In this document: positions 1 to 11,584 of the stretch, piece by piece
How positions within the stretch are numbered: the first letter of the stretch is position 1
Layout: every line of letters begins with the position of its first letter
Notes under the pieces: generated by a model
Databases searched by the model: none
Seen by the model: the letters and a program-made list of their open reading frames with translations, nothing else
Told to the model about the DNA's origin: nothing
Program-made: the position numbers and the translations under genes
Assembly (NCBI GenBank): GCA_016748015.1
Contig: JAAOMT010000556.1
Span: 1-21,975 of the forward strand
From: Geosiphon pyriformis uo1
Lineage: Eukaryota > Fungi > Glomeromycota
Direction: 5' to 3'
Length of the DNA: 21,975 nucleotides

Positions 1-483
1 GATTCTTCAAGTTCTTCTGGATAATTCTATTTTAAGAAACAGTAAAGATGTTAGTTATTTAAATAATTTTCTACACAAATAAAGAGTAACAACATAAAAA
101 CCTATTTAACTTACCAGCTCGTGCATTTTTTCTTCCACGTCAGAGTGAAAGATATCACTTTCTGAAGCGATATCACTTGCATTTTCATCATCACTTTCTT
201 TTTCTTCTTTCTTTTGAAGTTCATCCATAAAACTTTCAACTTCTATTGTATTAAACCACTGATGCTGATCTTTTAATAGGGTTCTTAATTTATCAATGGC
301 CCTTTGTTGTACATTTGGTCGCTGCTGGTGGTGACGTTGTCTAGCATAGATCTGATCTTAGAGGATGCTCACATTATTAATAGATAAACCATTCTTGAAT
401 TCTATGCATTGCAAAATAGATAGAATTGACCATCCATTGTATTTGGTAGCATTGAGATATTCTTCAATAATAGAATCATACAT
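1..483 (-). pseudogene. Spliced hypothetical-protein gene with one premature stop; runs off the window start
   Basis: Frame from ATG 483 reads MYDSIIEEYLNATKYNGWSILSILQC...NVSIL*DQIYARQRHHQQRPNVQQRAIDKLRTLLK...EEKMHEL with a single TAA at 358-360. It then has a GTAAG donor (114), CTAAC branch (50-54) and TAG acceptor (27), and the next exon stays in frame (NYPEELEE). A pyrimidine-rich AG at 485 suggests an upstream intron too. Confidence 0.7.
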
Positions 484-555
484 TCTAAAAAGAAATAAGT
501 CATTCATTAAGTTGCTGTGTGTATAATAATAGACAAGACCAACTTGATAGAGAGA

Positions 556-929
556 ATCAGCCTTTGGACATACATGCACCAAAGGGGATTCAGCAGATTG
601 CTTCCAACCATCTGACGCAGGAGCAAATGATCAAGACACCAGGAGGAAAACATGCCGAAATCAGCCTTTGGGCATGCACGCACGCACCAAAAGGGATCCA
701 GATTTTGCTTCCAACCATCTGACGCAGGAGCAAATGGCCAATATGCCAGTAGGATATCAGCCTTAGGGCACGCACCAAAGGGGATCCAGATGTTGCTTGA
801 CACTATCTGACGCAGAAGCAAAGGCCAATATGCCAATAGGAAAACATGCCGAAATCAGCCTTAGGGCACGCACCAAAGTGAATCCAGATGTTGCTTGACC
901 CTATCTGACGCAGGAGCAAATGGCCAATA
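556..929. repeat. Minisatellite, 4 imperfect units of ~96-104 bp, GC-rich relative to the window
   Basis: Units start with ATCAGCCTT at 556, 660, 756 and 854. Each contains GCACCAAA and ATCTGACGCAG(G/A)AGCAAA. The fourth unit is partial. Confidence 0.95.
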
Positions 930-1959
930 AACGAGTAGGGTTGTGCTTTATTGGGATAGTAGTCACCTAGAAAAAGATTCTCTAGGAGACATTTTATTAA
1001 AAAAAACTTTTTATTGATGACATATTGATAACAAAGACACGAACACATTAACTGACAAATTTGGAGATCTCAGCCCCATTTGTCGATCAATTCTTATAGA
1101 TGAAAAAATCAAATCGCCTTCGAAGATCAAAGGCCTATATTTGAAAAGCATGAAATATCTAAACAGCTGAATTTTCGGTCTTTTTGATCAAAGGCCAATA
1201 TAGCGTCTTGATTTGGTTCCGTGTTCAACCTACTTTTTCAGTCGAATGCGAGGAAACGATTAAATTAGGCTTGACAAAAACAGCTCTTATTCGTTTAACT
1301 TTGAATTTAATGACTTTTTTAATTTAAACAAAAAATAGATTAGCAAAAAAATTTAAACCCAGAAACATGACTAACCTTTTTGGGCCTTATATATCACTTG
1401 CTGCATAATGATCATATCTTTATTTAGAAAATTTTAATTGCGATTATCTAACTAAAATACATGATGGTCATTGAATTAAGCGGACTTTTACGTTTCAATT
1501 AAGAAGGGGAACCTTGAATTTCACCGAAAATAGGAACAACAGTAAATTTTAAAGATCAATTAAGTTTAACCATTCCAGTTGAAAGGAACCGTTTCAAAAA
1601 AACAGATGAGGCACATATATATAGTTTTCTCTGAACCTAAAGGCAGAAAAGTTACAAATCCATAAGAGATCCTGAATTTTAGAGCATATTATGGCTTTTT
1701 ATATATCATTGGCTTGATTGTCGCATTTTGCTTTATAAAATCAAATTTTTGAAAGCAAAAATCTATGATGGAAAGTAATCGCCTGTATCAATAGGCGCAA
1801 TTCCATTTTTGGTCAAATTTTTAATTTTTTCCTTTACAGAAGACTCCAGATGTTTTAACTTTTTATTTAAATTTGATTAGGCTATGTTTTTTGCTGCGAA
1901 AGGATGTCCATAAAAAGTTTATATCATTTTTTAATTTCATATTTATTAAAATTATATGT

Positions 1960-2530
1960 TAAAATCAAATATTTTGTTAATCCACATTAATTGTTCACAG
2001 GTTTGTTGAATAGCGTGAAACGAATGGTGACATTTTCATGATTCACTTTGGAACTATGCATTGGATTATCTTCGAACATCCTAAAGTTGTTGACAAACTT
2101 CTTCATCCAAGAGTTTACAATTATTTCCAAAGTAACTATTTTATCAATTAATAGTAAGTGCAATTTACTCTTCATGTAACAAGAGTTTTGTTTCTTTAAA
2201 TGTGAATTCAACATAATTATGAAATACAATATTTTAATTTTTAAGTTGTAAAAATACATCATTTATTATCTATAATTACATGGGAAAAAACATCATAATG
2301 AAATTAGCAGTTCAAAAACTGAATACATTATTGATTCAAGAGAAATATTCATTGTAGATAACAATAATTAAAGTAATTCTTGGAAATTAATAGGTTAACA
2401 ATATTAAAATATAAAGAATACATTTGTAAAAAATTAAAATATCATAATTTTTTATATTTTTATGTAGAAACCAAATCTAGAATCATAAATTTTTGGTATA
2501 TTATTACCATTAACCAATTTAAATAATTTT
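1960..2530 (-). pseudogene. Eroded coding fragment, probably spliced, unidentified
   Basis: A minus frame gives protein-like text with stops one transition away from Q/R/W codons (FHNYVEFTFKETKLLLHEE*IALTIN**NSYFGNNCKLLDEEVCQQL*DVRR*). Intron-like gt...ag segments lie upstream. Product not recognised. Confidence 0.35.
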
Positions 2531-2619
2531 AATTTATTTACCACTTCTATTTAAATTTTTAAAATTAAATATAAAATTTTATTAAATTTTTTGTAAAATC
2601 TAATTGCATATTGAAATGC

Positions 2620-5465
2620 TTACTAGTAAAATATAAAAAAGCTTAAAATTTCCAAAAAATTTGTTATATTAATAAATATAAATAATAATATTGCAGATTT
2701 AATTTGCAAAAATATGTAACATAATTATTTTTAAGACATAATTTAAGGTAAATCTGTTTCTACTAAACATATGTTTTGATAATTAAAATTATGTTTAGTA
2801 AATAAAACAGTCAAGCTTGAATTCTTAACTTAAAAATTTAACAGTAATACTAAATTAATAAGACATAAAACCTCTTAAATTCAGCTTTTTCCAGTAATAA
2901 AAAGTTTTTTAATCAAAAATTTGATCACACTTATCAATAAATTAATTATTAAATGCCATATTAAATCCTTTCAAAGAATTAATTATATTATAATATAGTG
3001 AAATACCCAAAATATTTAACAAAAAAATGTTATTTGTCAAGCAAAATGCATAAACAGAAAATTTGTTAAAGTAATATTGTAACCCAAAAGTATTTTGATC
3101 ATTCTAGTTAAATAATTATTAACTGAACTGATTTTTAACCTAACAAAAAATTGCAATAAATTTTTAAAGGTCTAATTTACAACTTTTAAATCCAAAAAAT
3201 AATAATTAAATAATCAGATAACAATATCTAAAGCATTTAAAAAGCCAATAATAATGCAATTTTACTCTTAACTTAAATTTGTTCAAAGAATTTTAAATTA
3301 TACAAAAAATAATAATATAAAGTCTTATTTAAAAAGTTTTTTAGAAGATTAGTCTTTAATTTTAAGTTCTTTTAAATTATTATATCTTATTTTCTATACA
3401 CATTTTTTAAAATAAAACTAAATTAAGATTACAATTGGTAATTTATTAATAAACAAAAAACATTGATAATGTGCTAGTTAATAAGAATAACTATAGTTTT
3501 GTTAATATTAATTATTAATTTTAAAAAAATTTACTTATAATATTAATATATTGAATAATAACATGATTATATCCAACTCAAATAATATTATTAACAAAAA
3601 TATTTGTGGTTAAATAAGATATAAGATCAATTTTATCTTTTATTTGACTAGTTTTGGCCATAAATTTGGTATTAATATAATAATCACAAAAATGTTTATG
3701 TTTTTTAATCTTATATAAAATAAAATCATAAAAAATCTGTTATAATAAAGAAAAAAAACTTCATTTTATTCCAAATTATTATGTATTTTATTGTTATTTA
3801 TAAACCCAAAATTAGTTATAATTCGGTTAATTCTATTATTATAAATGTTACCAAAAAACTTAACAAATCTTTTACATATTTTAATTTTTTGTAAATTATT
3901 TTTTAAGTAAAACCAACTAACTAAATCATATATTTTGAACATGTTTTACAAAACTAGTTACAATTTATAATTCTTTTCAAGATATTTTTCATAAATAAAC
4001 TTATAACAAAAATTTGTAAAAAAGTAAAAATGCCAAAAAGTTGTCATTTCAAAAAACCTTAAACTTATTACAGACAGCAAAAATATAATTAAAAAATATT
4101 TTTAACAATATTTTTGGTAGTTTTAATCAAAACAATTAAATAAATATTAAATAAAAATTTTTTTAATTAAACAAAAACAGATTTTAATATTAAACAAGAA
4201 TTTAACAAATTTAATTGTAAACTAATAATATATTTATTATAATATTTTCAAAATCTATTTAAAATATTAAACAAACTAGCAGTTTTGTTATTAGAAAAAT
4301 CTTTAATAATATTCAAAAGTTTATTTTATTTATTTTTATATATAATATTAACATAATAAAAAAAGATATACTAATATTATTAAAAATAATATATTCTTTG
4401 ATTTAATTTTTCATAATTAAATTAACAAATGATTTAATATTATTAGAATTTAAAATAAGCTTATTATTTATAATTAAGTAAATTAAAACTATTTTGTAAA
4501 AAAAATATTTTAAAATACTATAAATTATATAGCTTTTATTAATAATAAAGTTTTTTATGTATTTTTTAATTGTTATAATTATTTTATCTTATTTAATTTT
4601 GTGAAATTTACAAAACTTCTAAAGATAATAACTTTTTTTTGCTTTAAACAAAACTGATTTATTATATATTAAAATTTAAATTACAAAAGCTTTTAAAAGA
4701 TTTATAATTAATTACTTATATATAAAATAATTAAAGTTAAAATCTAAATATAAAACAAATAATTTGAAAATCTTAGAAATCAATAGCTTTAATTTATAAA
4801 AACATAATATATAAAAGTTTTTTATTAATAATAACTTATTATATTAAGAGTTAAAAAATACTTAATTAGTAATAAAACACATAATATTTTAAAATAATTT
4901 TATATAATATTTAAATTACCAACCAATTTTAATTTTTCAAAAGTATTTAAGATGATTATAGTTTAAAACAGAAAAATATTTTTAAATTTGATTTACTTTA
5001 AATTATTAATATTTCTAAACTTAAATATTCAATAATTTTTATTGGTTTGCTTATATAAAACAAAAAGCTATATATTCAAAAAACTATTCAAATTAACAAA
5101 AATTACTATAGTATTTTAATCTGTAAAAAAACTTCTATATATTAAAAATACTATAGATAAGTACAGTATTACTAAGAAAAAAAATACTAAAAAAAAATGA
5201 TTATTTTTTTAACATTATGCAAGTTTTTTTAAGTTAGAGTTTAAACAAATAAGTTATTAAAAAGAGAATTAAACAAACTTAAATCAGAATATTTTCTGAA
5301 ATTAATATTGTGCTTTGAATTATTTTTATTAAATCTATTATTTAAAATAATAGTATTATAATAAATTTATTATAATTATTTTTTGTTTACATTTATATTA
5401 TATAAGTTTATAAGTAAATAAATTAAATTTTTAAAAACATTAATTTTTAAAAAGTAATTATATAT
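2620..5465 (-). mobile_element. Hypermutated non-LTR retrotransposon (LINE) relic: AP endonuclease + reverse transcriptase + post-RT region
   Basis: Degraded motifs in the correct order: IILNNRFNK (~5320-5352, for ILGGDFNE); KQTNKNY* (~5030-5052); NKTASL (for GKAAGL, ~4273-4290); IVLIKT (for IALIET); *NMFKIYDLV (for QDMxKAYDSV, 3919-3948); LE*NEVF (for LDQGEVF); FVNN (for catalytic FVDD, 3587-3598); WKKLNLRG (~2870-2893). Small internal deletions are present. Ends are approximate. Confidence 0.88.
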
Positions 5466-5599
5466 TAATATTAAGTTTTAACAATAAAATTTAATTTAAT
5501 ATTATATTATATGCTATTATTTTTTATAAAAATTTTGTTTATCTTTTTTTAATTATAAAAATATATTATTTATTAATTAAAATATTTATTTAATATTAA

Positions 5600-6680
5600 T
5601 TTATATTATTATTATTATTAAATTTTTGTTATTACTTATTTTTTTTATAATAAACTATATTATAAAAATTTTAAAGTTATATATTAATTAAAATAAAAAT
5701 AAAAAATTAGAAAGTAAAAAAAACAATTAAACATTAAAGAACTGTTTTTTAAGTTATAAATTAACATGTATTTATATTTAAAATTAATAAATAATAATTT
5801 ATTATATAATTTAATATGATGTTACCAGTTATATATTACTAATTTTGATATTATACGAGTAATTTAAATGTCTTATTAATTTAATAAAATATTTAAAATT
5901 ATATGTTTTTTTTTAAATTTTAAATTGTTTTAACATTTTCTATATAAATTATGTAATTATGTTAATCTGGTTTTCTGATTATAAAATAATTAATTAAAAT
6001 ATGTAAAATCTTTTTATTATGAAATTTTGTTTTTTTTTGGTTTTATTATAATAAAATATAAAAATTTGCTAGTTAATTTGCATTGTTACAAGAATAAAAT
6101 TTTTAGTTAATTTCTTTTTTAATATTAAAAATCCAAAAATTAATTTAATAAGTTATTTTACTGGTAATATACAAAACAAATTTTATAATTAAATAATTAA
6201 TAATATTTTAATAAATACTTCAAAAATATTTTTAGATTGTTTTGCCGACTTAAAAGTTAAGTAAGCTTTTAATTTACTTAATCAACCAAAATACAAGTGT
6301 TAGTTACCTGAATATTAAATAAACTTACAGTTTTTTTGTGCTTTATATTTGTTTTATAACTTGATTTACAAACTTCAATAATAGAAGAACCTGCAAATTT
6401 TTTACTTGACTTCTTATTTTTCTATTACAGCACTTATTTTTTCTTTGTGGCTCAAGTTACAGATTTCTTATTATGCAACTTATTTTTTTCTTTGTATTTA
6501 AAATAAAAAAAAGTTTTCATACTTTTTTTCCTATATTTATTTAGTAACAGCTGTACTGTATCATATTTGTAATGCTTTTTTGTTTTAACAATAATCTTAA
6601 AAGATAAAAAGTCAATAATTAAATATATGAATTTCATTAGATTTTTATGTTTCTCTTGATGAGATTTCTAGGCTACACGA
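5600..6680 (-). pseudogene. Heavily eroded, probably intron-containing gene remnant, unidentified
   Basis: The minus strand is A-rich, with GTATGA/GTAAGT donor-like sites, pyrimidine-rich AG sites and an open stretch LEPQRKNKCCNRKIRSQVKNLQVLLLLKFVNQVIKTNIKHKKN ending at a GTAAGT (~6330). It shows the same G/C depletion as the adjacent LINE. Confidence 0.3.
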
Positions 6681-7143
6681 AATTAGAACGATTTTCTCAA
6701 GATAAATAATGGTATCTATTAGTTATTGAATCCCCAATAGATTATCTGTAATATATTATTATTAAAGTTATTATTAATTTCGAAAAATGCATACATCCAA
6801 AACATTGTTGGTATTTACAAGTTTAAAAAAATAAAAATTTCAATTGTTTAGTGAGACAATTTTTTTTTGTCAAACAATAGCTTTTTTCTTGCCCATTTTA
6901 TAACTCACAATTAAAAGTGAAAATAATTACATTTCAATTGAAAAGTCATCATTATTTAAGAAAATATTTCACATTTATAATAGTTTCCTATTTTTTATGA
7001 TCATTTTTAAAAAACTACATAATTTATTCAAACTTTAGTTTAATTAAAATAATGACACTATTATTGTGGAATTAAATGGTTTTAAACTTTAGAAAACCCT
7101 ATGTCTATAGAATTAACCAAATAAAACCAATTTAATTGATGCT

Positions 7144-8109
7144 CTAAATCGGGCTCGTGCTAATTTTTTGGGGTACTTGCGATCTTACCTTTGCGATCTT
7201 AATTCTAGCGGCTAGAGCACACAATGTAATGAACACAATCAGATCCCATGCCCATAATTGATTAAATTCTGATTCCGGCCAACTATTTTGTGTTCCTCTT
7301 AATGCATTGATCCAAAGAAACGTTAAAATTACGTATCCAAAAGTTCGATGATATTTGTACAATTCTCTCGATTGAACAGCTTTGGCACCAGTTGAATGGG
7401 AGAAATAAACCATCAATGATGCTCCTAGCATGTGAGCAAGCAGAAGGGATATTATTATGAGGCCAAATATCGAGTGAGGTGTGGAGACTTTAGGTTTGCA
7501 AGAGGGAAATTATTTTTAAGATTCAATTGTCAATATTTTTAATAAGATCATTAAACAAAATATAATCTTTATCACTTACAATGTTTTTCTTTGTGCTTTA
7601 TTTTGGTATAAACTATAATAGAGAATCCAGCTGTGCATGTTAATAAACCAAGAAACTGGACAGCGCGATGAAATCTAAGCCCCTGAATTTTTTCTTCTTG
7701 CTTTGCAGTTCGTTGGAGTAACAAAATTCCTAAATTAAATTTCCCATACTGGTTTCAATTTTTTTGACGAAATAAAAATTCCATTCTGAGAGCAATCAAA
7801 AAATTCAAGAATCTTTTAAAAATCACCTTGAGTAAGCAAGAGCAAGGTGAGAGACATCAATAATGGATGCCACATAAAAAGGTCGAAATTTTTTGTCTTT
7901 AGTACCACATAGCATACCAAGGCTAAAAAAGCTAAACTGCCAGCCGTGGCAATCCAATAAAACACGAAAGCAACATTAAAAAATGCTGCCCCTGTTGGAG
8001 TGGAAAGTGGTAGATGCTCTCTATGGGACATCATTTTCGTATAGCCTTCATAGTTAAATGGTTTTTTTTCCTCCTCTTGACCTTCTGGATTTACTTTTAC
8101 GGTTACCAT
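7144..8109 (-). CDS. Cytochrome b561 family transmembrane protein (CYB561D-like), 3 exons, 258 aa
   Basis: Exons 8109-7827, 7729-7580 and 7487-7144 join in frame (777 nt). There are hydrophobic helices and four spaced heme-ligand histidines: WHPLLM, FHRAVQ, PHSIFG, YHRTFG. Confidence 0.92.
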
Positions 8110-10359
8110 TATTTTTTCTTGAATATAAACAAATGATTATAAAATTTTTTATTGCTTGAAAAATTTTAATGAATTTAAATTCTTTATCATAATTTACAAA
8201 ATGGAAATTCGTCACAAAAAAAAAAGGATGAAATCATTCGTTCCCTTTATCTTTGACAATAACATGAAATACCAGCAGCAAAGGATTAATTCCTGTGGGT
8301 AAATGTATCTTTAAATACATTAATTTATAAATTTTTTATATTCCTAATTGAATTATTATTCTGAGTAGTTTTGAAAAATATCAAAGCCTGGACACATTTG
8401 TGAAATCTAACCGAGTGAGATTCCCGATCATCGATAAATAGATAGCCAAATATTGGAATATATTGTTATGGTAATAGATTACTCTTTCAAAAATTATTTT
8501 AAATCTGGATAGGTAAAAATGACTAGTTTTTCGACATAGCCATGTGCTTAAATGTTTGTTAAATGTTTGTCTCACGCTAACTGAAATGGATTACGCCAAT
8601 GGTTGTAAAGCTATTTGAGGAAAATAAGATGAATAAGAACTGGGCGTGTTGAGGTATTATTATCATTATTATTATTATAAATTCAAAATTTTTAGGAATC
8701 TCTGTCCAAATGCAAACGGGGCAGTGGGATTTAGATTTTAAGATTTTATAGAAAGAAAACTAAATTTAGTTAGCTTTCTTTGGAAAATGGTACACTGTTT
8801 TTCGATGATTTTGTTTTTGGATCATTAAAAAAAATTTTATTATCCAAAAAATCGTTAGACTCCTTTAAAATAACCTACGTTTGGGATTTTTTCCCAGGAA
8901 TCATCGCTCAGTACATAAGTGCGATATGAAAAAATAACCAATTACAATAAATTTCAATCTTCAATATTCAAAAATAAATTTTTGCTTCATTCCTTTTTAC
9001 GTTGGATAAAGGAAGTTTTGATAGTTGTATTGGGGTGAGGATACGGTTAATAAAGCATATGATACTACATAATTAGTTAAGTTCGATATATGATTAAAGA
9101 GAATTTTTCTATAGAATTAAATGTAGAAATATCTAGAAAACTATTTGAAATACGGGTTATATTATCAGATTTGAATAATCTTATACCTGAAAAATCTTAA
9201 TTAAACTTGAAATAAACAGATTCTAATTTTAAATATTCTTTGACAAAATAAGATTCTCTACGAGATAATCTTCTTTCGGCATCAATATTTGTTTCCTAAC
9301 TTTTCAAATCCCTCATGGCAACGCCAAATGATTACAAAAATGGATGACTATTGTTGTTAATTTGAAGACGAATTTGCTTTTCAAAAATCTTTAAGTTTTA
9401 AAAACAAAGGCATTTTTCGACATGTTTAAAAGCTTTGACAGTAGTTGGTCATTATCAAAAATTCTTTGTTGAATAATAATGGCATTTATCATTTATCAAT
9501 CTCTCATAAAACAAATAATTCAATATCTAATCTCTTTGGCGGGTCTAATTCGTATCTCGACTGAGTCAACCCATTGGGGAATTAGGGATTTTCACATTCT
9601 ACCGTTCTCGAGCCTTAATTGATTGAAAACTTCATGATGCGATAGTTTCGGAGGAAAACGGTTGTTCCTTGACGCTTTTGATTACAAGTCGTATTTTGAT
9701 ATTGCACTCTACAGCTTCCTTAAGGACCCCCATCTTAGCTGGGTGGTTTAAATATCGAGTTCTAAATGGTAGTCTTCAACCTGCAGATTTTGCTTTTAAC
9801 ATATAACCCTAATTTTTAGAGGATTATTTTCTTCGAGTAGCAGTCTTGATTGAGCATCATGATAATAATTCGATTTATCAATGAAATACTTCCAACGCTT
9901 CATAATGTGTAAAGAAATCTTTTTGAAAAAAATATTTAGATTTTTAAAGCTAAAAATCCTGTTCCATGTATTCTACATCGAAAGCAAGAGCAATTAAAGT
10001 ATTTTAAAATTATAATCTTATTTTTTTCAGTCACTCTGTAATCATATTTAATAAATCTAAAGCTTGTGATTGCAAAAGTGAAAGTTGTGATTCGGTGCAG
10101 AGGCACACTTAATTAGTTAGGCTCATATTGAGGAGTAATTGAAATTTTTTTAAGTATTATTCCGTTTTAAGCTTCCCAACCTATCAAAAATTTCCAGTAT
10201 CACACATGTCATTATTTCAAAGCATCATCTCAGTTAGAATTTATACACAATAAATCATATTATAAATTTCACGGTGGGAGTCTAAAAATTTCAACACTAT
10301 TTCTCACATCTAAAAAATTTCTAACTCGGGCATGGAATGAATATTCATTAAGCCCTTCA

Positions 10360-11430
10360 AATATTTTAATTTTTTTATAACTTTTTCAGTGAGAAATTTT
10401 TATTAAGACTTTTTACAATTTTATTTATAGTATTAAATTATTGCTTCAAAATATCCATTTTTAACAAAAACTATATTTTACTATATTTAATCAGTAGCAT
10501 AAAGTTGATTTGAATCAATTATTCAAAATACTTTGGAAAAAATAATTAGCAAAAGTTATATATTTTATTTTTAGCTAAAAAAAAAGTTCATAATTATATT
10601 GTCAATAGATTTCAAAATGTCAATTATTATAAAAAATTAAGTAAAACCATCTTTAAAACTTGCAATTAACTTATTTAAGAAATTAATTTTTCTTATCATT
10701 GTAAAATCTAGGCTTAATATTCATTAAAACTAATTTTGATAAGAAATACTATTATTTTAAGTAAATGTGAAAAATTAAATTATTGTAAGTTTTAGATGAA
10801 TAAAACGTCATTGTTTGAATATTAAATAAAACATATTAAAATATGTTTTTAGTTTTTTTTGCATCAATTTAATTATTAAGACAATATTAAATTATTTTTT
10901 CATATAAAAGTTGTAAAATTTACTATTTTTTTGTTTTGTTATTATTTTTAATGTTGTAATTCTTTAAAAATATTTAATTAATCCAATAAATCACAGCATA
11001 AAAAATGATCTTGAAACAATTGATTTTTAAAATTTCTATTATGACATTTTTTCATTGTTGAAGCATTGAAATCTTGGTCTTATTATAATAATTAAATTAG
11101 GATTTTCTAAAAAAAATATATAAATTATTAACAAAGTTATGAATAAATATTGTGTAACTCTAAATAATTAATTTTTAATACCTTAATATGGTAAAAGTAT
11201 TGAATTTTATTTAAAATTCATAAGTATTAGTATTTTTATGTTTAAATTATTTCTCGAATAAATAAATTCTTAAATTTAATTCATTTTTCTGAGTTTGTAT
11301 TGTGATGTATAATGATTTAAATCTTTATATACACATTATTTTTAATAATTTTAATTTTTATACTATATTTAAGTTGTATTTTATTACTAATACAAAATTT
11401 TCGCTGAGATTATTTTTATTTATTTTTAAA
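10360..11430. other. AT-rich eroded block of unknown origin
   Basis: Very low GC and almost no CpG. Stop-riddled protein-like text occurs on the minus strand, but no motif was recognised. Confidence 0.45.
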
Positions 11431-11509
11431 ATAATAGACATTTACCGTTGATCATTCTCAACATCTGAATTAGAATTGTTAAGCGGAAAATAATTTGCAT
11501 TAAGATACA

Positions 11510-11532
11510 ATTATTATTATTATTATTATTGC

Positions 11533-11563
<31 letters not shown>
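11510..11563 (+). repeat. Compound microsatellite (ATT)7 GCT (GTT)10
   Basis: Read directly from the sequence; it accounts for the poly-N ORF 11426-11611. Confidence 0.97.
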
Positions 11564-11565
<2 letters not shown>

Positions 11566-11584
11566 GACTAATGAGGATGATTAG

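Noticed and set aside
556-929. CRISPR array, or coding repeat (ORFs 507-836, 519-722, 590-778, 803-1048)
   Set aside because: Whole units repeat with no unique spacers, no cas genes are present and the context is eukaryotic. Unit lengths of 104 and 98 break the frame, so the ORFs are by-products of a GC-rich repeat.
966-986. Hairpin CCTAGA...TCTAGG as a Helitron end or terminator
   Set aside because: It has only a 6-bp perfect stem and no other Helitron evidence.
2200-6600. AT blocks as mitochondrial insertions, endobacterial DNA or an alternative genetic code
   Set aside because: All three stop types and frameshifts occur inside LINE motifs, no organellar or bacterial genes were seen, and the intact genes translate with the standard code.
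8381-8575. 64-aa minus ORF upstream of cytochrome b561
   Set aside because: Non-ATG start, no motif and no convincing splice link.
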